A stretch of DNA of 64,000 nucleotides, taken from assembly GCF_009914755.1 (NCBI RefSeq), contig NC_060929.1; one strand, given 5' to 3'. The stretch's first letter is position 1, and each line of letters begins with the position of its first letter. The position numbers and the translations under genes were made by a program. A model generated the notes under the pieces. That model had not been told where the DNA came from, ran no database searches, and saw only the letters and a program-made list of their open reading frames with translations. This document shows, one piece after another, positions 55,600-64,000 of this stretch. This stretch comes from the human T2T-CHM13v2.0 reference genome, Homo sapiens.

Positions 55600-56620
55600 A
55601 AAAGTAGATAAAATGTAAGAATCAAGCGCTTGTAGATGTTGATCAACATGCTGCATAAGACTGTGGGGCCTGAAAAGAGAGAAAAAAAATGAAGCAAGCC
55701 TTATAATTACCCTTGCTTTCTGGAAGCACTCTCTGGACCACAGTAGAAGAATAGGGAAACTAAGCAAAAAACAGCGAATTATCAAATTTGCTAGATAGAA
55801 ATTGGAGTTTGATAAGCCTGAGCCAGCTGATACTAGTGATCAGAGGAACAGAGAGGATGGAGCTATGCAGAGAAAAATCATAAATCTACTCAAGGGTCCT
55901 TGAGTGAAACTCTCCAGTATGGGGAAAAAAAAAAGATGGGAGCTGTCAGTAAAAACAATCTCATAGTCCACTCAGAGATGGAATAATTTAAGTTCGAAAC
56001 AGCTACAGAAGGAAGGCTTTGTTAAACACTCTGGCCCTTAAGGAAAGACCACAGATTATCATGCCTTTTGACCAGGACTAAACTTCCCTAGAGTGGAGGC
56101 TGTAAGAGATCTACCACAACAAAACATAAACCAAGTTTCAAAAGGATCCAGATGTCCCACAAATAACTTAAGTGTTAGCAAGAATAAAGTGTAGGGATAT
56201 ATAAAAAATCAGAATAAAATACAGCTCTCAACAATATAATATTCAAATTGTCCAGCATCTCCTATAAAATTGTTATGTCAAGAAGCAGGGGAAATATGAG
56301 CTAGCTATTGCTACATATAAAGGATATATATACATATACATATACATGCACAAACATATACATACACATATATACATATATATGTGTATGTATATATATA
56401 GCAATATATATACATGGAAATGAAGGAAAAGTTGAACAGAATGAAGAGATAAGTTATAAAGTAGAACTGAGTGGAATTTCTGAAGCTGAAACATTCAATA
56501 CTGTAAGTGTTAAATTCGCTAAATTTGATTCAAAGTAGTTTGGAGACTTCAGAGAAAAGAACCAAGAATTTGATGAATCTATATTGAATCTATACACATT
56601 GAGACAGAAAAAAATGGAGG
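55600..56620 (+). mobile_element. Old L1M 5' region remnant containing a (TA)/(CA) microsatellite at ~56315-56413
   Basis: L1M 5'-end/ORF1-like motifs (CAACAATATAATATTCA, AAGAAGCAGGGGAAATATGA). Confidence 0.55.
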
Positions 56621-56919
56621 CTGATCATACATTTGTTAACGTCAAGGTAACTGTGAACTTGACAGACCTTGAAAAGTCCTTATGTGCAAAAAAAAAACAA
56701 AGAAGAACGAATTTCATAATAAGCTCAAATACAGTTTCAATACACAAATTTTCTTTTTCATTTTATTATTTTAAATGTTCTTTTTATACACCATATATGA
56801 TACAAAGGAGTTATATATCATAATATGAAGAATGGTAATTTGAGGGGTGTTGTGTAATAGACAATATTCTCAATTCATAAAGGTTTTAAGATGATTGTGA
56901 AGGCATTGCTAATTTTCTT

Positions 56920-57350
56920 CTTCTAGTTGCCTAACCACAAATGACACCTCCATCCATATAGTCAGTTGCCCAAGCATCAGAGTCATCCTTGACTTACTGC
57001 TTTAGTTCTCTGTACCCTTTAACAATTCCATGACCAAGTTTGTGGTTTCTGTTCCTTAAATTCTGTCCATTCCATCTCTACAAACCACACTGTCTGGGCT
57101 TACTCCAAAATTGTTCAAGTTGGTCTCCTGATTTAGCCTTGTGCTTCCAAAATCCATTCCCCATGATGTTGATAGACTTGATCTTTGTAAACACTTTTGA
57201 TCATGTAAACCTCACTTAAATGCATTCAGTGTCTCCCCATTAATCCAAATAAAAAGTGTATGTTTTATTTTTGCCATAGTTTATAATGTCGTATATAATC
57301 TAGCCCCTAATTACCTCTTCAGCATTATCTCCTGCAAATTTTCTCCTTTC
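56920..57350 (+). mobile_element. L2 fragment
   Basis: GAGTCATCCTTGAC, AATCCATTC, GATCTTTGTAAAC...GATCATGT. Confidence 0.65.
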
Positions 57351-57568
57351 ACTTAAAAAAAAAAATGAGATTACATTGATAGTGAGTCACAAACAAAAAG
57401 CTTATTGCTGTAATACTTTAGGATAAAATCAATCAGATTCTAAGATTAGACTCTCTGCTTCTAGTTTATACAAGTAAGAATTTATACAAAGAGCTGAAAA
57501 TCTTACAATGCTATGTTTAAAACTGATTTTTTAAAAGTGGTGTTTGTACAGTAAAACACAAACAAAAT

Positions 57569-57878
<310 letters not shown>

Positions 57879-59028
57879 TCATGTTACCTAACAGAATTAT
57901 TAGGTCTCTACTTATATCTGTTTAATGTGTTTTCATCTGTTTTACATTATGGACCTTGTTTTCTGGTTATAATTGTAAAGAAGAACTCTGAGAAAGTTCT
58001 GTGATAGTTACCTAAAATTGTAATGTGTTTTGTAATCAAGTTTGGGATATTTGTAAATATCTTCTGAATTGAAATTTTAGAGAATTCCTCCTGTTCAAGG
58101 AAATGTTTTCAGTTTAAAATGAGATTATTTTTATTTAAAAAAAGGTCTATACTTACTGCTATGAAGTTTAGAAGGATCTAATTTTTTGTTTGTTTTGGGA
58201 GAGTTAAATCATATATTTTAATCTTTTCTTCCACTATCAGATCATAGAATTACGAGTGAGTCAAAATGTTAGAGACAGATAAAATACTGACTAACATACA
58301 AATAAATCTTCAGTGACAAAGCAGACATATTCTGCTTACGTTAGCTTTTAATATAAAGGTTATCATTTTGCTTTAATATTCATTGACATATACTATTTTA
58401 CATTTGTAAAATAACTTATTTTTGAGACATTTGCATATTTTCTATATCCAGAGACATGATAAAACCACTTTGTATGTCAATAAATAAATCTTTCAAAATA
58501 TGATATAATTGATTTTAGTATCTCTTTTCCAACTTCAAAATTAGCTCATCTGTATAGAGGATATTGAAAGAAAAATTTTGTTACAATTGTTACTTAACTC
58601 TTAGTCTTCCCATGAAAGCATACAAGAAAATTTGTGAGAGCAGAGTTCTTGTCTTCCATTATATTTTTAAGATCCAGCATATGTGAGATGCTAATAAACA
58701 CTCGTTGAAGTCATAAATCAGAATAAATGCATCTGTATTTTATGCTTATTTGATAATTATGGATGCTTGGTATGTAAAATGTTGTATTCTAGGCACTGGG
58801 ACAGATACAACTGTATAAGGGATATAAGGGTGGGTTAAACAAATTCTCTACTTTCCCATTTAATTAGAATGGTGGCATGTATACAAATTAGGTCTTTATC
58901 TCTGAATGGGTTCTTTCATTTATCATTTAAACTTATATAAACTATAGCATTATCTTTTCAAATCTCCTTAGTTCTGATAATGCTTTATTTGTACCACTTT
59001 TTTAGTATTTGTCATTTTTTATTCTGTG

Positions 59029-59581
59029 TCTACAACTAGAAATACCATTCAACCCAGCCATCCCATTACTGGGTATATACCCAAAGGATTATAAATCATG
59101 CTGCTATAAAGACACATGCACACGTATGTTTATTGCGGCACTTTTCACAATAGCAAAGACTTGGAACCAATCCAAATGTCCAACAATGATAGAATGGATT
59201 AAGAAAATGTGGCACATATACACCATGGAATACTATGCAGCCATAAAAATGATGAGTTCATGTCCTTTGTAGGGACATGGATGAAGCTGGAAACCATCAT
59301 TCTCAGCAAACTATTGCAAGGACAAAAAACCAAACATTGCACGTTCTCACTCATAGGTGGGAATTGAACAATGAGAACACATGGACAAAGAAAGGGGAGA
59401 ATCACACACCGGGGCCTGTTGTGGGGTGGGGGGATGGGGGAGGGATAGCATTAGGAGCTATACCTAATGCTAAATGACAAGTTAATGGGTGCAGCACACC
59501 AACATGGCACATGTATGCATATGTAACAAACCTGCATGTTGTGCACATGTACCCTAAAACTTAAAGTATAATAAAAAAAAG
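59029..59581 (+). mobile_element. 5'-truncated L1PA (PA3-5-like) 3' end
   Basis: ORF2p C-terminus [33 protein letters not shown]-rich 3' UTR, AATAAA and A tail; no TSD found. Confidence 0.95.
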
Positions 59582-60332
59582 AAAGAAATATTTACAAGAC
59601 CTTCATTCTCCACTAGACTGCAAAAAAAAAAAGTAAGGTTAGATCCATGTTGATTGATGATTAATACTTTCAGAGTCCTTAGCAAAAGGAAGAAGTTCAG
59701 AATATATTTATTAAATTTATGAATGATAAAACTACTCTGTCAGGCAATATATAGTGAATGCATATGAATGATCCAGTATGATTTAGAGAAGGCATATATC
59801 ATTTCCAATTGGAGATATTTCTTCATTCAATACACATTTACTTATTGTCACTATGTGTCAACTGTTGGGTGCTGATCATAGAAGTGAATAAGATTGATAT
59901 ATTCTCTGACCTTGTGGAAATAAACATTACTTACTTAATAACTTTAAAAAATAAATGTGAATAAATATGATGAAGAAATCACAGTGATTATGAGTAAAGT
60001 CTGTGGTAAAGGAAGTGAAGAAGTAAGAGTCTATTAGGGTATTCCTTCACAGAGAAGAAAAGAGTGGAAATTCTCAGGAATTAAAGGTATATGTGTGAAG
60101 GTAGAGATTGAAGGGACTGGATCATGGGCAAAGGAGAGCAGTGATGAAATCATAAAAATGTGGGGTGAGTTTGGCAGCCCTGAGTAGACCAGGAATAAGA
60201 AGGAATTCTAATGAGATCAAGAAGGTCAAACTCTAGAGAGGCATCAAATGTTTTAACTCTTAGCTTTATCCTGCAGTAGGGCAAGAATTGGAAGAACTGG
60301 GGGGTGGGGTATGTACTGGTAACACAAGCAAA

Positions 60333-60905
60333 TGTTGATGAAAAGAGTGAAACTCTGTAAAATATTTCAAGAGATTTATTCTGTGCCAAATATGAGCAAT
60401 CAATGGCCTGTGACACAATTTTAGAAGACGTTGAGAACATGTGCCCAAGGTGGTCAGGTCAGAAATGTGGTCAAGACAACAGGAGGGGGTATTGCTTCCA
60501 GGTCACAGGCAGATTCAAACATTTTCTGACTGGCAGTTAGTTGAAAAAGTTTATCTAAAGACCTACAATCAATAGAAGGGAACATCTCGGTTAAAGTAAG
60601 GGGTTGTGAAGACCAAGGTTCTTATGCAGAGAGAGACTCCAGGTAGCAGGCTGCAGAGAGATTTGATTGTAAATGTTTCTTATTAGACTGAAAGAGTCTG
60701 TTCTATCAGCCTTAAGTCTCTGTGTAATGTTAATGCTGGTCAGCTGTGCCTGAATTCCAATGGGAGGATGGTATAATGACTCAACTCCAACCCCAACTTC
60801 CCATTATGGCCTGAACTAGTTTTTCAGGTTAACTTTGGAACACCCTTCACCAATAGGAGGGTCCATCAGTAGGTTGGGGACTTAGAATTTTATTTTGAGT
60901 TTACT
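60333..60905 (-). mobile_element. MER4 solo LTR (MER4B-like, ERV1)
   Basis: TGTTGATGAAAAGAGTGAAACTCTGTAAAATATTT...GAGAACATGTGCCCAAGGTGGTC...AGAATTTTATTTTGAGTTTAC. Confidence 0.88.
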
Positions 60906-61395
60906 AAAAGAAGCCTATGTGTTGGTTACAGAAGGGATGTGGGATGGAGCAAAGGAAGAAGAAGGGAGGACACATAATAGGAAAATCAAGAATTAGAGAT
61001 ATGTGTTAAAGTACTGCAATTGTCCAGTATTTGCCTGAACCAAGGTGAAGAGGACTTTGGAATGACTGTCTTTAATTGGTTAAAAACTATACCTCTTCCT
61101 CATACGAGCTCTATAAGGCAAGGTAAAGGTAAGAACTCTATAGATCTCTTCTTAAGGTCAGATTTAAGAAGCCCTAAGATGATAACTGCTCCTTTGGTAT
61201 CTCGTAATTAAGCCCCAATTTTGAGAAATTCTTGTAGGAGTTTTACCTTAAGTATATTAAAAAAAAATCATAAAGTCTAATAAAGCTCTCATCACTTTTA
61301 CACCAAATGACTTCTGAAACTCAGAAATGAAAAAGGTGGAGGAAGTTAAAGGCCAAAGGCAGTTGAAGAAACAAACTATTATTAAAATAGAGGAT

Positions 61396-61751
<356 letters not shown>

Positions 61752-64000
61752 AATAGAGGAAGTTCAAGCATCCTAGTCATCTTGAGATTCCCAATTTTAG
61801 TGCTTAAAAGGAACATGCACAAACATTCATCCAGAGCTACATATATTTTAACCACTATTGTACTTTCATACATAAAAATGCTCATACATTTGGAAAAATC
61901 TTCCTATTAATTTTCTTCTTTTTAACCTGGACAAAACATAAGCCATTTTTTTGACGTGAGCAATAAGGAAGATTTTATTTCTATAGTTCTCTAAAGCGAT
62001 GAAAATAAACACGTAGGAAAAGTTTATTACCATTATGAGAAATACAGTCTGTCTCTTAGTAAACAAAGGAACACATCACTTGTCATAAAAATATTCAGTA
62101 GAAAATTAAATTTTGACTAATTTACTGTTCCATGATCAGTGCTACTTTTGTAACTATTTCTCCTGGAAGATCCGTGAGTCTCTGAAAGTGTTATTCAAGT
62201 TTTCCCTAGAGTCTAATGAAAATAATTTGCTAATGGATGTTTCATTTGATCTGTATTCAAAGGCAAAGAAGGGCATAAATGATTAGCATCTGAATGTGAG
62301 ATATAAGAGAGCTTCCTTTAAAAAATGATGCTCTCATAATACAAACAAAAGGCATGATAAATGTTTTTGTCAAATCCATAGAAGAAATAATAGAGAGGAC
62401 ACTGCCCTCCCCCATGAAGGATGTGCAAGGATGAGGAAGATGCCTTGGCAGATCATTTGTACATTACTTTTTGATATGGGACTAGCTCACCCTTTTGAGT
62501 GTCGAGTTGTGAACAACTGAAGAGGCTTCAACATTTTGATCAATCTTTAGTTCTGCCTTGCAAGTTCCATGTTTTTTAAATGTATGGCTTTAGGCTTGTG
62601 TTACCTGAAATAAACTGTTACCTTGATGGAAGTAGGTTTGAGATAATATTTTTAAAAATACATTTTTGGAAAAATATTTTTAGAGTAAAATAATAAAATT
62701 TATAAGGATACATAGAAGTATAATGTATAAGCTTTCTTTTGTTTTTAGCACCTTCAGTTTTACTCGCCAGACTTAACTGCTGCTAACAGTTTCTCATTAA
62801 ATAAAATATGAAACATAGAAGAAATTACTATGATTACATAAAATAATACTATGCATATTCAAAGTATTTTGTGATTTACTAATAACTTTTATATACTGTT
62901 AAAATCTGCATACAACTTTGTATGGAGGAGAAAACAAATTTAGAAAGAAAAGTGGCAAATTATATCACTTGGCTAATGATTATTGGGTAGAATTTTGATA
63001 TGCAACTGCTGTCTTTAAGACTACTATCCAATACAAGTGGACATGCTTATGCAATCTGCAGAGGATATCACTATGCAGTGGAAGAAAACAAGACAATAAA
63101 GATTCCTAAAAGCCAGTCGGTAAATGAAATTAATTTTAGAAAAGCAATCTTGTGGTAGCATAGTACATAAACATCATTAACACAACGTGAGGAAATGGCG
63201 ATATAGGAAACAGGAAAATCGAGGAATCTGTCCTATGCTGTTAAACTAAGTACTAAACAAGTGAGCAATCAAACTCAAGTTAATATTGGACTTTTGCCCT
63301 CAGAATAAGAAATGGTCCATTGCAACTGATAATCCATTTCCAAACATTATACATTATATTAGACGTGCCTGGAATTTCTACTTAGAGTTTTCAACAGTAA
63401 CACCATGGAATACAGATTTTAGAAGATGAAACAAACAAAAAAACACGATTACACAGACCTGGGATAAGTAGTATACCATATTTTTTGTCCCATCCCTTTG
63501 GAAGTCACAATAGACACAAAGATATTAAAAGCTCAGTGGATTCTTACAGAAAAGATACCTATTTAATGTTGTTTATACCAGTTTTTCTCAAATCTATTTG
63601 ACCCTTTGTCCCATTATTGAATTTACACTATTAAGTTCACTGGACAATATTTTAGGAAATGCATCTTCTTATATGTAGAAAGATTGGGACTGGAAATGTA
63701 GCAAGTCAGTTAAAGGAGTAAAGGACACTGTCCATTACATGTCATTTTATACTTTCTTCTTGTTCTTGATTTTGTAGACAAAGGCAAAGAAATCTGTGGA
63801 TGCTTTGTTGAGAACTCTCACAATTAATTCTTAAACACTAACATACTCAAGAAAACTTGATCTGGGGAAGACATTTTTAACCTTTTATTATACATACTGT
63901 TGGACTTATTTCAATCTACATGGATACCACCAATCAATTAAATAATTAATCAACACACATTTTCTTTGTTTACATTTCATTCTGCAAGACTGACATGAAA

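Overview
AT-rich, repeat-dense intergenic DNA from a simian primate, probably human or a great ape: it carries AluJ/S/Y, L1PA/L1PB/L1M, MaLR and MER4-group LTRs, MER DNA transposons, L2 and MIR. I see no spliced protein-coding exons and no evidence of a new multi-gene system. The only gene-like object is a full-length processed copy of glutaredoxin-1 (GLRX) on the minus strand (25275-26663). It keeps an open 106-aa frame with the CPYC active site, a poly(A) tail and a 15-bp target-site duplication. From memory it resembles the annotated human GLRXP3/GLRXL locus, which I cannot verify here. The most interesting signals are mechanistic scars: (1) a ~470-bp inverted copy of nearby sequence joined to the 5' junction of an L1PA8 insertion; (2) two twin-primed L1s, one only ~270 bp; (3) a near full-length fossil hAT/Buster transposase that the ORF track does not reveal; (4) tRNA-Glu-like sequences inside an ERV internal region; (5) micro-scale template-switch structures. 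Repeat subfamily names come from recalled consensus sequences, and boundaries of old repeats are approximate.
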